Assembly (NCBI GenBank): GCA_965221125.1
Contig: CBDCRW010000007.1
Location: forward strand, 704,001 to 768,000
Origin: Alphaproteobacteria bacterium
GTDB lineage: Bacteria; Pseudomonadota; Alphaproteobacteria; UBA828
Length of the DNA: 64,000 nt
Direction: 5' to 3'
Positions 1 through 10,172 of this stretch are shown here, piece by piece. Below the pieces are notes generated by a model, which did no database searches, was not told where the DNA came from, and saw only the letters and a list, made by a program, of their open reading frames with translations. The position numbers and the translations under genes are program-made. Position 1 is the stretch's first letter; each line of letters starts with the position of its first letter.

Positions 1-1
1 C

Positions 2-361
2 AACCTGCTGACGCGCGGCCAGATCGTCGAGCACGAGGTCGACGAGGATGCAGCGGTCGATGTCGTGCTGCAGCCCGGCGAGGCCTCGCTGCACCACGTC
101 CGCCTGATTCACGGCTCCGGCCCCAACAACGCCGACGACCGGCGCATCGGCTTCGCCGTCCGCTACATCCCGACCCATGTCCGCAACGTGGTCGGCCGCG
201 ACTACGCGGCGCTGGTGCGGGGCGTCGACGAGTACGGCCACTTCGATGTCGAGCGCCGGCCCGCGCGCGACCTGGAGCCCGAGGCGCTGGCCGCCTACGA
301 GGCCGCGAACGCCACCCACAACGCCGTGCTCTACGCCGGTGCGGCCCAAATGCGCGGCTGA
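2..361 (+). CDS. Phytanoyl-CoA dioxygenase (PhyH)-family Fe(II)/2OG enzyme, 5'-truncated by the window edge
   Basis: Frame is open from base 2. The C-terminal motif LQPGEASLHH..LIHGSGPN.ADDRRIGFAVRY is typical of the family. Confidence 0.8.
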   Translation, partial: NLLTRGQIVEHEVDEDAAVDVVLQPGEASLHHVRLIHGSGPNNADDRRIGFAVRYIPTHVRNVVGRDYAALVRGVDEYGHFDVERRPARDLEPEALAAYEAANATHNAVLYAGAAQMRG

Positions 362-424
362 CCCGGAGTCTCCCGCTGCTTTTGCGCGTGTGCTGGCGGG
401 CCTGGATTTCCGAGCCGAGCTACC

Positions 425-1252
425 TCACGCGTCGACCCAGGGCGGGTCCCTGAAATCGTCCCAGGTCGCGCCGATGCCGGAATCGACAGGAATGGCGGCG
501 CCGGTGATACCGCTGGCGAGCGGAGACGTGACGTAGGCGATGGCCGAGGCGATGTCCCGTGAGGTGAGAACGCGCCCCAGCGGGTGACGCGCGGCATAGG
601 AGCGGAGCACCTCGTCCCCGTTGGGGATGGTGGCGAGCCGGCCCTCGAGCAGCGGCGTGAACGTGACGCTCGGGCACACGCAGTTCACCGTGATGCCGTC
701 CCGTGCCAGGTCGAGCGCGGCGGCGCGCGCCATGTTCAGCAATGCACCCTTGGACGTGCAGTAGGAGAACATGCCGTGCTCGGCCTGCAGCCCGTCGAGG
801 CTGGAGAGCAGCACGATGGCGCCCGCACGGCGCGGGCGCATGTGGCGCGCGGCCTCGCGCACCACGAGAAAGGACCCGCGCACGTTGACGCCCATGACGT
901 GCTCGAAGTCGTCGACCGGCGTCTCGAACACCGGACCGCCGTCGCCGAGCACGCCGGCGCATGCAACCGCGACGTCGATGCCGCCCAGCGCACGCTGCGT
1001 CGCCTCGAACGCATCGACCACGGTCCGCTCGTCGCCGGTGTCTCCTTCGATGGCGAGCGCGCGGCGACCGATCGCTTCGATGCGCCCGACGGCTGCGGCG
1101 GCCGCGCCCGGCGTCCAGTCCAGCACCGCAACGTCGGCGCCGAGATCGGCAAGCGTGAGCGCCGTCTCGAGGCCAATGCCCGAGCCGCCGCCGGTGACAA
1201 ACGCCGTCCTGCCGTCATGGGAAAGGCCGGGATGAGTCGTTCTCTCGGTCAT
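425..1252 (-). CDS. SDR-family NAD(P)-dependent oxidoreductase
   Basis: TGGGSGIG Rossmann motif and YCTSK catalytic motif. Confidence 0.9.
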   Translation of the reverse strand: MTERTTHPGLSHDGRTAFVTGGGSGIGLETALTLADLGADVAVLDWTPGAAAAAVGRIEAIGRRALAIEGDTGDERTVVDAFEATQRALGGIDVAVACAGVLGDGGPVFETPVDDFEHVMGVNVRGSFLVVREAARHMRPRRAGAIVLLSSLDGLQAEHGMFSYCTSKGALLNMARAAALDLARDGITVNCVCPSVTFTPLLEGRLATIPNGDEVLRSYAARHPLGRVLTSRDIASAIAYVTSPLASGITGAAIPVDSGIGATWDDFRDPPWVDA

Positions 1253-1340
1253 TGCGGTGCGTCCTTGTCGCTCGTGTCCCGATGGATCGGTTCCCGCCCG
1301 CCGAGAACGCCGTCGCTCGGCAGGCGCGCTATTCCGCCAC

Positions 1341-2174
1341 TCACTTCACGGCTCCCGCGGTCAGCCCGCGCACGATGTAGCGCTGCACGAAGAGCGAGAA
1401 GATCAGGATCGGCACCACCGTCACCACGCCGACGGCAGCGGCGATGTTCCAGTCGATGGGCCGCTGCGCGCTGACCAGCGTGGCGGCGCCGAGCGCGATG
1501 GTCTGGAATTCCCGCGAATCTATGACGTAGAGCGCAACCAGAAATTCGTTCCAGATGAAGATCGCGCCGAAGAGCGACGCCGTCACCAGACCGGGGCGCA
1601 CCATGGGAAGCATCACGCGCCACAGCACCTCGAAGCGGGTGCAGCCGTCCATGATCGCGGCGTCGTCGATCTCCTGCGGGATCTCGTCGAAGAACCCGAT
1701 CATGATCCAGACCACCAGCGGCAGGGAGAACGCGATGTAGGGCAGGATCAGCCCAAGATAGCTGTCCTGCGTGCCCACCCATTGCATCATCAGATAGAGC
1801 GGAATCGCGATCGCAATGGGCGGCATGAAGCGCATGCTGAGGATCGTGAACGCGAGATTCTCGTTGCCGCGAAAGCGGAAGCGGGAGAAGGCGTAGGCCG
1901 CCGGCGTCGCGATCACCAGCACCAGCACCGTGGTGGCTCCCACCACGATGAGCGAGTTGATGGTGAACTCCAGCATGCCCTGGCTGAACAGGACTTCGTC
2001 GTAGTTCTTCTTGATGCGGGACCACTTGAAATCGAGGGTCGGCGGCACCTGTGCCAGGATCTCGATGCGCTTCTTCGTCGAGAGAACGCCGAGATAGACG
2101 ATCGGCGCGATGCCGGCGAGCCCCAGCATGATCAGCACGAGGTAGGCGAAGGCCCTGCCGATCTTCCGCTTCAT
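1341..2174 (-). CDS. Carbohydrate ABC transporter permease (MalG-like)
   Basis: Hydrophobic helices and EAA-like loop (EIDDAAIMDG). Start ATG at 2174 overlaps the upstream gene's stop. Confidence 0.9.
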   Translation of the reverse strand: MKRKIGRAFAYLVLIMLGLAGIAPIVYLGVLSTKKRIEILAQVPPTLDFKWSRIKKNYDEVLFSQGMLEFTINSLIVVGATTVLVLVIATPAAYAFSRFRFRGNENLAFTILSMRFMPPIAIAIPLYLMMQWVGTQDSYLGLILPYIAFSLPLVVWIMIGFFDEIPQEIDDAAIMDGCTRFEVLWRVMLPMVRPGLVTASLFGAIFIWNEFLVALYVIDSREFQTIALGAATLVSAQRPIDWNIAAAVGVVTVVPILIFSLFVQRYIVRGLTAGAVK

Positions 2175-3088
2175 TTCGCGTATCCCGGCCGTATCTGGAC
2201 GAAGCGCAGCAGCACGATCGTGCCCACCGCGAGGATCAGCAGCATCATGTACGAGACCGCGGCGGCATAGCCGTAGTTCTGCCACTGAAAGCCGTTCTGA
2301 AACGAGAAGAAGCTCAGCGTGGTCGTGCTGCGTGCCGGCCCGCCGTAGCTCAAGCCGAAGATGAGGTCGAAGGAGCGGAAGGAATCGACCGCGCGAAAGA
2401 CCGCGGCGAAGATGATCGCCGGCATCAGGAGCGGCAGCGTGACATAGCGGAAGGTGGCCAAAGGCTTGGCGCCGTCGGCGATCGCCGCCTCGAAGATCTC
2501 CTGCGGCAGCGCCTGCAGGCGGGCGTACACGATGATAAAGACGAACGGCGTCCACTGCCACGATTCGACGAGGATCAGCGTCGGCATCGCCATCTCGATG
2601 GAGCCGAACCAGTTCGGCGGCTCCAGGCCTACCGCCGCGATGCACCAGTTGATCAGCCCCCAGTCAGGGTTGAGCAGGGCCCGCCACATCACACCCACCA
2701 CGATAGGCGTGATCAGCATGGGCAGCACCAGGATGCCGCGCACGAGCCACGCACCCCTGAGGTGCAGGTTGAAGAACATCGCGAGTGCCACGCCGAGCAC
2801 GACCTGGATGGCCAGCGAGGCGCTCACCATGACCGCGCTGTTCTTGGTCGCGTTCCAGAAGTGCGGGTCGCGCAGCAGGTCGCCGTAGTTGGTGAGGCCG
2901 ACCCAGTCGCCGGTGCCCGCGGCGGCGGTCAGGTCCGTGAACGAGAGCCGCAGGCTGTAGAAGAGCGGAAAGATCGCGAACGCCAGGAGATAAAGCAGGG
3001 TCGGCGCGAGGAGCAGCCATACGACTGTCCCCGGCCGATCCAGCCTTCCCAGCTTCGTGCCGAGCCGTTCGCGACCGGCGGGGTTCAT
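2171..3088 (-). CDS. Carbohydrate ABC transporter permease (MalF-like)
   Basis: WQWTPF motif, EAAIADGA loop, multiple TM segments. Confidence 0.9.
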   Translation of the reverse strand: MNPAGRERLGTKLGRLDRPGTVVWLLLAPTLLYLLAFAIFPLFYSLRLSFTDLTAAAGTGDWVGLTNYGDLLRDPHFWNATKNSAVMVSASLAIQVVLGVALAMFFNLHLRGAWLVRGILVLPMLITPIVVGVMWRALLNPDWGLINWCIAAVGLEPPNWFGSIEMAMPTLILVESWQWTPFVFIIVYARLQALPQEIFEAAIADGAKPLATFRYVTLPLLMPAIIFAAVFRAVDSFRSFDLIFGLSYGGPARSTTTLSFFSFQNGFQWQNYGYAAAVSYMMLLILAVGTIVLLRFVQIRPGYAK

Positions 3089-3128
3089 CCCGTGATCGGG
3101 TTACGCGCGGTGTCGATCTTGCGTCCGC

Positions 3129-4568
3129 CTATGCGAGGTGACCCGCCTTGCGCAGAACGTCCTCCCACTGGGCCTGTACGTTGTCGCACGCTGTCTTGGC
3201 GTCCTGCGCGCCGATGAGCGCCGCGTTGAACTCGACGTTCATCATGGCGTTCATCTGGAAGAACTCCGGAATGCGCGACGTCGGGATGGTGACCGCGTTC
3301 TCGATGGCCGACAACGCGTGCTCCAGGTAGGGGAACGTCTCGAGCAGCTCGGGATCCGTGAACGCCGAGGTCCGGTTGGCGTCGATGTTGTAGGCCTCGA
3401 TCGAGTAGCGGTTGATCCGCTTGTTGGTGACCCAGGTCAGCGCCCGCCAGGCGGCGCCCCTCTTGGAGGGATCGATGTTGGCGGGAATGCCGACCCCCCA
3501 GCCGCCCTGGATTGCGCTCGGCATGTGCCCCGGCCCCGCCGGCACCGGCGCGGTCCCCGTCACGTCGGCGACAAGCGAGTTCTCCTCGTTGAGGACCGGC
3601 CCGGCAATGGTCGACCAGAAGATCATCTGCGCGATCCTGCCGGTGGAGAAGCCGTCCACGTTCTCGGCGAAGCCGTACTGCGTCACGTTCTTCGGCGCGT
3701 AGGGCAGGTAGTCGATGAGCATCTGCAGCGCGTTGATGCCCTCCGGTGAGTTGATCTGCGGCGTAAAATTCTTCTCGTTGGGGTCGCCGCTCATCAAGCT
3801 GCCGCCGGTGGTGATGAAGCGCGTGTACCAGTCCACCGTGGCGAGCGAGAAGTCGTTGGCGCCGATGAAGCTGCACCCGGCCACGTCGTCGCTGTGCAAC
3901 GCCTGGGCGGCTGCCATGAACTCGTCCCAGGTGCTCGCCGGCTGCAGCCCGGCCTCCTCGAACAGGTCCTTGCGGTAGAAGTAGATCACCGACCCGGAGT
4001 GCAGGCCGGGCACGCCGTAGACGTCCGTGCCCTTGCCGACCGTCCCCGTCGCCATGTCGTAGTAGCCGACATTCCTCATGGCCGCCGGAATGAAGTCGTC
4101 GAAGTCCCAGTCGGGCGGCGTCTCGGCCGGGTCGTCGATGAACTCGTTGAGCTGCATGAAGTAGCCGCCGCCGACCTGCTGCGTGGTCAGGAATCCCAGA
4201 TACTCGATCAGCTCGAACGACGACTGCTCGGCCTTGAGGTTCTGCAGCGTCTTCTCGATCAACGGGCCGAGGGCCGGCGCCGAGACGATCAGATCGATTC
4301 CGGTCTCCGCCTTCATCTCGGGCAGCAGGTCGTCGAGCGCCCGGTGGTCGTTCTCGTCGCCGGTCATGAGGATGTTGATCTCGGTCCCGGCGTATTTCAT
4401 CGGGTCGTAGTCGGTGGCGAACGCGCTGCGCGCGCCCACCAGGCCGGGAAGCGCCGCAGCGGTGACACCCGCCGCGCCTGCGCCCTTGATGACTTGGCGG
4501 CGATTCACCCCGCCTCGCATGTCCTTGCTCGGATCGCCCGTCCGGCCAGACGTGGTCCTCTTGGCCAT
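3129..4568 (-). CDS. ABC transporter sugar-type substrate-binding protein with Tat signal
   Basis: NRRQVIK twin-arginine signal, YFYRKDLF and GGWGVGI motifs. GGGGAGG RBS precedes ATG 4568. Confidence 0.88.
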   Translation of the reverse strand: MAKRTTSGRTGDPSKDMRGGVNRRQVIKGAGAAGVTAAALPGLVGARSAFATDYDPMKYAGTEINILMTGDENDHRALDDLLPEMKAETGIDLIVSAPALGPLIEKTLQNLKAEQSSFELIEYLGFLTTQQVGGGYFMQLNEFIDDPAETPPDWDFDDFIPAAMRNVGYYDMATGTVGKGTDVYGVPGLHSGSVIYFYRKDLFEEAGLQPASTWDEFMAAAQALHSDDVAGCSFIGANDFSLATVDWYTRFITTGGSLMSGDPNEKNFTPQINSPEGINALQMLIDYLPYAPKNVTQYGFAENVDGFSTGRIAQMIFWSTIAGPVLNEENSLVADVTGTAPVPAGPGHMPSAIQGGWGVGIPANIDPSKRGAAWRALTWVTNKRINRYSIEAYNIDANRTSAFTDPELLETFPYLEHALSAIENAVTIPTSRIPEFFQMNAMMNVEFNAALIGAQDAKTACDNVQAQWEDVLRKAGHLA

Positions 4569-4596
4569 GGTTTCCTCCCCTTGGATTCTTGTTGTC

Positions 4597-4613
4597 GGCA
4601 CTTGTCGTGCCAA
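4597..4613 (-). promoter_or_regulatory. Putative sigma54 -24/-12 promoter for the SBP-permease operon
   Basis: Minus strand reads TTGGCACGACAAGTGC (GG-N10-GC), about 30 nt upstream of the SBP start. Confidence 0.55.
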
Positions 4614-4828
4614 TCGCCAGCAACGCTATCACCGAAGGAACGGGCGAGTCACCCGATTGCCGCGTGCAGATCGTGCGGGCATTCGGGGAGGCGTGGACTC
4701 TTCGCGCACCTCCGCGCGAGGCAGACCGTGACCGTGGCAAGAAATCCGGGCTAGAGTTGGAGGTTGCAGCCGCTGGTTGCGCGGTACTGGTATCGCGCGT
4801 GTGGAGCTGCTGTCGTGAAGGACGCCTG

Positions 4829-6010
4829 ATGGGTGCGATCGGTCTGAGCGGTGTCAGCAAGGTCTTTCCGGACGGCACGGTCGCCGTCAACGACGTCGAC
4901 CTCGAAATCGACGACGGCGAGTTCGTGGTGTTCGTGGGCCCTTCGGGGTGCGGCAAGACGACGTTGCTGCGCCTGATTTCCGGGCTCGAATCGATGACCT
5001 CCGGTCAGCTCCGCTTTGACGGCGAGGTCATCAACGACGTTTCGCCCCGCGAGCGAAACATGGCCATGGTCTTTCAGAACTACGCGCTCTATCCCCACAT
5101 GAGCGTGCGCCAGAATATCGCGTTCGCGCTGCGCGTGCGTAAGTTCCCTCAATCCGAGATCGACGAGCGGGTCAACGAGGCGGCCCGCATACTCGACCTC
5201 GGCCAACTGCTCGACCGCAAGCCCAAGCAGCTCTCCGGCGGCCAGCGGCAGCGAGTGGCGATGGGGCGCGCCATCGTCCGCCATCCGGGCGCGTTCCTCC
5301 TGGACGAGCCGCTCTCCAACCTGGATGCCAAGCTCAGGGTTCAGCTGCGCGCCGAGCTGCGGCGCCTGCACGCGCGGCTCGGCGTGACCACGATTCATGT
5401 CACCCACGACCAGGTCGAGGCGATGACGCTGGGCGACCGCGTCGCCATATTCTCCCACGGCTCGCTGCAGCAGTACGATACGCCCCAGGCGCTCTATCGC
5501 CGGCCGGCCAATATCTTCGTGGCCGGCTTCATCGGCAGCCCGGCCATGAATTTCATGGAGGCGACGCTTGCGAGGAACGGCGCCGAGAGCACGCTGTCGG
5601 TGGGGGCCGCAAAGCTCGTGCTGGGACCGGCGGCGGTGGCCGCGAACGCCCTGGATGCGGCGAACGGCGCGAAGGTTCTCGTGGGTATCCGGCCCGAGCA
5701 CCTCGGCTGGCGCTACGCGGAGGAGGGCGCTCCCGACGCGCTGCAGGCCCGCGTCGAGCTCAGCGAGCTCATCGAGCCGGAGGCCCATGTCTCCGTGTCC
5801 CTGACCGATCCGGACATCGTCGTTCGGATGGCCGACGAATTCGTCGGTGACACCCCCGACGAGGGGGCCACGCTGGCCGGCGACGATGGCCGCCTCCTGA
5901 CGCTGCGCGTGCCGGCGGATCGGGTTCCCGAGCGGGGGAGCGTCGTCGACCTCGTCACGGATGCGGACCGCGTCTGCCTGTTCGACATCGCGAGCGGAAA
6001 CAGCCTCTGA
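4829..6010 (+). CDS. Sugar ABC transporter ATP-binding protein (MalK/UgpC-like)
   Basis: GPSGCGKT Walker A, LSGGQRQR signature, DEPLSNLD, and a C-terminal TOBE-like region. Confidence 0.93.
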   Translation: MGAIGLSGVSKVFPDGTVAVNDVDLEIDDGEFVVFVGPSGCGKTTLLRLISGLESMTSGQLRFDGEVINDVSPRERNMAMVFQNYALYPHMSVRQNIAFALRVRKFPQSEIDERVNEAARILDLGQLLDRKPKQLSGGQRQRVAMGRAIVRHPGAFLLDEPLSNLDAKLRVQLRAELRRLHARLGVTTIHVTHDQVEAMTLGDRVAIFSHGSLQQYDTPQALYRRPANIFVAGFIGSPAMNFMEATLARNGAESTLSVGAAKLVLGPAAVAANALDAANGAKVLVGIRPEHLGWRYAEEGAPDALQARVELSELIEPEAHVSVSLTDPDIVVRMADEFVGDTPDEGATLAGDDGRLLTLRVPADRVPERGSVVDLVTDADRVCLFDIASGNSL

Positions 6011-6145
6011 CGCGCACTCTGGCCGGCAGCCGACGCGGCCAGTTGCCGAATCATGACGTTTTGGTAAGGCGCGGCACTCTTCATTGCGCTTTGCCGCGGC
6101 GTTGGGCATAAACGCGGCGCGGTCGATCGGAGCGAGGCGACGGTC

Positions 6146-7462
6146 ATGCGGCGCTCACGTTACTTCTTGCCGACCCTGAGAGAGAACCCGGCCGAGGCGC
6201 AGATCGCGTCGCACCGGCTCATGCTGCGCGCCGGCATGATCCGGCAGTCGAGCGCGGGCATATACAGCTGGCTGCCGCTGGGCCATCGCGTGCTGCGCAA
6301 GATCGAGCAGGTGGTGCGCGAGGAGATGAACGCCGCCGGCTGCCAGGAGATCCTCATGCCGGCGATCCAGCCGGCCGAGCTGTGGGAGGAGAGCGGCCGC
6401 TACCAGGACTACGGCAGGGAGATGCTGCGCATCACCGACCGGCACGACCGCCCGATGCTCTTCGGCCCCACCCACGAAGAGGTCGTGACCGACATCTTCC
6501 GCCAGTCCGTGCGCAGCTACCGCGACCTGCCGCAGAACCTCTACCAGATTCAGTGGAAGTTTCGGGACGAGCTGCGCCCGCGCTTCGGCATCATGCGTGG
6601 CCGCGAGTTCTACATGAAGGACAACTACTCCTTCGATATCGACCACGCGGGCGCCGTGCGCTCCTACAACAAGATGTTCGTCGCCTATCTGCGCACCTTT
6701 GCCCGGCTCGGCCTCACGTCGATCCCGATGCAGGCGGAGAGTGGGGCCATCGGCGGCGACTACAGCCACGAGTTCATCGTGCTCGCGGATACCGGCGAGA
6801 GCGCCGTCTATTGCGACCGCGCCTGGCTCGACACGGACCCTCTGGCGCTGGGGATTGACTACGAGGCGGACCTGCAGCCGATCGTGGACGAGTGGACCCG
6901 GCTCTACGCCGCCACCGACGACAAGCACGACTCCGGCGCCTGCCCGGTGCCGGAGGACGCGCTCTACCAGGGGCGCGGGATCGAGGTGGGCCACATCTTC
7001 TACTTCGGCACCAAGTACTCCAAGGCGATGGGCGCCACGGTGACGGACCCGGACGGCGCCGAGGTCGCGGTGGAGATGGGCTCCTACGGAATCGGCGTCT
7101 CCCGGCTTGCGGGCGCGATCATCGAGGCGAGCCACGACGAGGCCGGCATCGTCTGGCCGGAGGTCGCGGCGCCCTTCAAGGTGGGCCTCATCAACCTGCG
7201 TGTGGGCGATGCGGCGTGCGACGAGGCGTGCGAAGCGCTGTACGCGCGTCTCGTCGAAGCGGGAGTCGAGGTCCTCTACGACGACCGCGACGAGAGGGCC
7301 GGCGTCAAGTTCGCCGAGATGGAGCTGATCGGGCTGCCCTGGCAGGTGGCGGTCGGCCCGCGCGGCGTGAAGTCGGGCACGGCGGAGTTGAAGGCGCGGG
7401 CCGGCGGCGAAGCCGAAGCGCTCTCGTTCGAGTCGGTGTCGGCACGCCTGATCGGGGGCTAG
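6146..7462 (+). CDS. proS: Proline--tRNA ligase, short alphaproteobacterial type without the INS editing domain
   Basis: [34 protein letters not shown] and MGSYGIG motifs; 438 aa. Confidence 0.97.
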   Translation: MRRSRYFLPTLRENPAEAQIASHRLMLRAGMIRQSSAGIYSWLPLGHRVLRKIEQVVREEMNAAGCQEILMPAIQPAELWEESGRYQDYGREMLRITDRHDRPMLFGPTHEEVVTDIFRQSVRSYRDLPQNLYQIQWKFRDELRPRFGIMRGREFYMKDNYSFDIDHAGAVRSYNKMFVAYLRTFARLGLTSIPMQAESGAIGGDYSHEFIVLADTGESAVYCDRAWLDTDPLALGIDYEADLQPIVDEWTRLYAATDDKHDSGACPVPEDALYQGRGIEVGHIFYFGTKYSKAMGATVTDPDGAEVAVEMGSYGIGVSRLAGAIIEASHDEAGIVWPEVAAPFKVGLINLRVGDAACDEACEALYARLVEAGVEVLYDDRDERAGVKFAEMELIGLPWQVAVGPRGVKSGTAELKARAGGEAEALSFESVSARLIGG

Positions 7463-7471
7463 CCCGGGCGC

Positions 7472-8716
7472 ATGTTCTCGGCCTTCGAGCGCCTCGTCGC
7501 GTTTCGCTATCTGCGCGCCCGCCGGCAGGAAGGCCTCGTCTCGGTCATCGCGGCGTTCTCGCTCATCGGCATCTTCCTCGGTGTGGCGACGCTCATCATC
7601 GTCATGTCGGTGATGAACGGTTTCAGGGAGGAGCTTCTCACCCGCATTCTCGGGCTCAACGGCCACATGACGACCTACGCCTACCAGGGCGGCTTCACCG
7701 ATTTCGATCCGCTTGCGGACCGGATCAGGGCGGTGGACGGCATCGTCACCGTCTCGCCCACGGTCACGGGGCAGGTGATTGCGGCGTCCAAGGGCAATGC
7801 CACCTTCGGCCAGGTGCGGGGCGTGCGCGACAGCTACCTGGAGGCGCGCCCGCTGCTGACCGGGAACATCGTCGCCGGACAACTCGAAGAGTTCGCCGCC
7901 GGCGAAGGGGTGCTGATCGGCGACCGCATGGCGCGCAAACTCGGCGTCGGCGTCGGCGACTCCATCACGCTGCTCTCGCCCCAGGGCCGATCGACGTTGA
8001 TGGGCACGGTGCCGCGCTCGCGCGCCTACACCGTGGCCGCGACGTTCGACATCGGCATGTTCGAGTACGACGCCACCTACATCTTCATGCCGCTCGACCT
8101 CGCCCAGGTGTATTTCAGGAAGCCCGGCGCCGTCACCGCCATCGAGCTGACGGTCGCCGATCCTGAGCGCATACGGGAGGTCCAGGCCGACGTGAGAGCG
8201 GTCCTGGGCGATCTCGGATGGATCGTGGACTGGCGCCGCGCCAACGCGCAGTTCGTCAACGCGCTTCAGGTCGAGCGCAACGTGATGTTCGTGATCCTGA
8301 CCCTGATCGTGCTGGTGGCCGCCTTCAACATCATCGCCGGGCTCATCATGGTGGTGAAGGACAAGGGCCGCGACATCGCGATCCTGCGGACCATGGGGGC
8401 CACGCGCGGGCAGATCCTGCGCATCTTCTTCATGAACGGGGCGGCGATCGGGGTGGCGGGCACGGTGCTCGGCGTCGGCGGGGGCATCGCTTTCGCCGCC
8501 AACATCGACAGCATCCGCGTCTGGCTGGAGAGCCTGACCGACACGGCGCTGTTCCCGGCCGAGATCCGCTTCCTCTCGCAGCTCCCGTCGCGAATCGATC
8601 CGACCGAGGTGGTGATCGTGGCAGCCATGGCGATCGGGCTTTCGTTCCTGGCGACGATCTACCCGGCCTGGCGGGCGGCGCGGCTCGATCCCGTGGAGGC
8701 GCTCCGCTATGAGTAG
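7472..8716 (+). CDS. lolC: Lipoprotein-releasing ABC transporter permease (LolC/E)
   Basis: IVMSVMNGF, DIAILRTMGA and C-terminal DPVEALRYE; located between proS and lolD. Confidence 0.93.
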   Translation: MFSAFERLVAFRYLRARRQEGLVSVIAAFSLIGIFLGVATLIIVMSVMNGFREELLTRILGLNGHMTTYAYQGGFTDFDPLADRIRAVDGIVTVSPTVTGQVIAASKGNATFGQVRGVRDSYLEARPLLTGNIVAGQLEEFAAGEGVLIGDRMARKLGVGVGDSITLLSPQGRSTLMGTVPRSRAYTVAATFDIGMFEYDATYIFMPLDLAQVYFRKPGAVTAIELTVADPERIREVQADVRAVLGDLGWIVDWRRANAQFVNALQVERNVMFVILTLIVLVAAFNIIAGLIMVVKDKGRDIAILRTMGATRGQILRIFFMNGAAIGVAGTVLGVGGGIAFAANIDSIRVWLESLTDTALFPAEIRFLSQLPSRIDPTEVVIVAAMAIGLSFLATIYPAWRAARLDPVEALRYE

Positions 8717-8756
8717 TGTTCCACTATGAGTAGTGCTCCGCCATGAGTGGCGCTCC
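8701..8756 (+). repeat. Imperfect 17-bp tandem repeat (3 copies plus a partial) at the lolC/lolD junction
   Basis: GCTCCGCTATGAGTAGT / GTTCCACTATGAGTAGT / GCTCCGCCATGAGTGGC / GCTCC. Confidence 0.9.
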
Positions 8757-9426
8757 TGCCCTCGAGCTGCGCGCGGTGGTGCAGACCTTCTACCAGGCCG
8801 GCAGCGCCATCGAGGTTCTGAAGGGCGCCTCGCTCTCCGTCTCGCCCGGCGAGATGGTGGCCCTGGTCGGCCCCTCCGGCGCCGGCAAGTCGACCCTGCT
8901 CCAGATCGCCGGACTCCTGGAACGCCCGCACGCAGGCGAGGTCGCCATCGTGGGCGAGCGCTGCGACCGCCTGCCGGACCGGCGCAGGACCAGGCTGCGA
9001 CGCGAACGACTGGGCTTCATCTATCAGTTCCATCACCTGCTGGCCGAGTTCTCGGCGCTGGAGAACGTCATCCTGCCGCAGATGATCGCGGGCCGCCCCA
9101 AGCGTGCGGCGCGCGAGCGGGCGCGGGAGATTCTCGGGCGCCTCGGGCTCGACGCGCGAGAGACGCACCGGCCTTCCCGGCTCTCGGGCGGCGAGCAGCA
9201 GCGCGTCGCCATCGCGCGCGCCATCGCCAACCAGCCGGCGGTGCTGCTGGCGGATGAGCCCACCGGCAACCTCGATCACGACACGGCGGACTCGGTGTTC
9301 GAATCGCTTCTCGATATCGTCCGCACCACCGGGCTCGCCGCGCTCGTGGCTACCCACAACATGGCGCTGGCCGAGCGTATGGACCGGCGGCTCGCGCTGG
9401 AGAACGGGGTCCTCGTCTCCTCATGA
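8743..9426 (+). CDS. lolD: Lipoprotein-releasing ABC transporter ATPase
   Basis: [34 protein letters not shown]. Confidence 0.93.
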   Translation: MSGAPALELRAVVQTFYQAGSAIEVLKGASLSVSPGEMVALVGPSGAGKSTLLQIAGLLERPHAGEVAIVGERCDRLPDRRRTRLRRERLGFIYQFHHLLAEFSALENVILPQMIAGRPKRAARERAREILGRLGLDARETHRPSRLSGGEQQRVAIARAIANQPAVLLADEPTGNLDHDTADSVFESLLDIVRTTGLAALVATHNMALAERMDRRLALENGVLVSS

Positions 9427-9445
9427 ACGGAACGGGCACGAGCCG

Positions 9446-10171
9446 ATGAATTCCGACCGGCCGGAGAAGCCCGTGCTGCTCGTGACCCACGTCACGGCCA
9501 TCGACGTCGGCGCAATCCCTGACCTGCTTGCTGGCCAGGGGCGGTCGTCCCGCGTCATCCGGGCGAACAAGGGAGAGCCGTTCCCGGACGACATCGAGTC
9601 GCTCGGAGGGGTCGTGAGCTTCGGCGGGCCGCAGAGCGCCAATGACGATCACGTCGACTACATCCGGGCGGAGCTGGACTGGATGCCCCGCCTCATGGCG
9701 GCCGGCGTGCCGTTGCTCGGCATCTGCCTCGGCAGCCAGATGGTAGCCCGCACGCTCGGCGCCACGGTGGCGCCCGATCCCGACGGGCTTTACGAGTTCG
9801 GCTACTACCCCATCGAGCCCCTGGACAGCGCGGCCGACGACCTCGCTCTCGATGCGACGCTCGACGTGGCGCACCGTCACGGCGAGGCGTTCACCGTGCC
9901 CGCCGGCGCGCGCCGCCTTGCCCGGCGCGACGGGTTCGAGAACCAGGCCTTCCGCTACGGCGCGACGACGTGGGGCGTTCAGTTCCACCCGGAGGTCAAC
10001 GACGCGGTGCTGACGCGCTGGGTCGATGGCGACCCGCCTGCCGAGGACCTCGCACGCAACGGCGCGCAAACACCGGCAGAGCAGCATGCGAATCATGCGC
10101 GCTATCACGCAGCCATGCACGACTGGCTCGGCCGCTTTCTCGCGCTCTGGCTCGCCAGTGCGGAGCGCTGA
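9446..10171 (+). CDS. Class I glutamine amidotransferase-like protein
   Basis: GGPQSA, GICLG (catalytic Cys) and QFHPE (His/Glu). Confidence 0.88.
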   Translation: MNSDRPEKPVLLVTHVTAIDVGAIPDLLAGQGRSSRVIRANKGEPFPDDIESLGGVVSFGGPQSANDDHVDYIRAELDWMPRLMAAGVPLLGICLGSQMVARTLGATVAPDPDGLYEFGYYPIEPLDSAADDLALDATLDVAHRHGEAFTVPAGARRLARRDGFENQAFRYGATTWGVQFHPEVNDAVLTRWVDGDPPAEDLARNGAQTPAEQHANHARYHAAMHDWLGRFLALWLASAER

Positions 10172-10172
10172 C

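Noticed and set aside
3085-3131. Possible bridging mini-ORF between the SBP and the first permease
   Set aside because: Its stop overlaps the permease ATG, but there is no start codon near the SBP stop.
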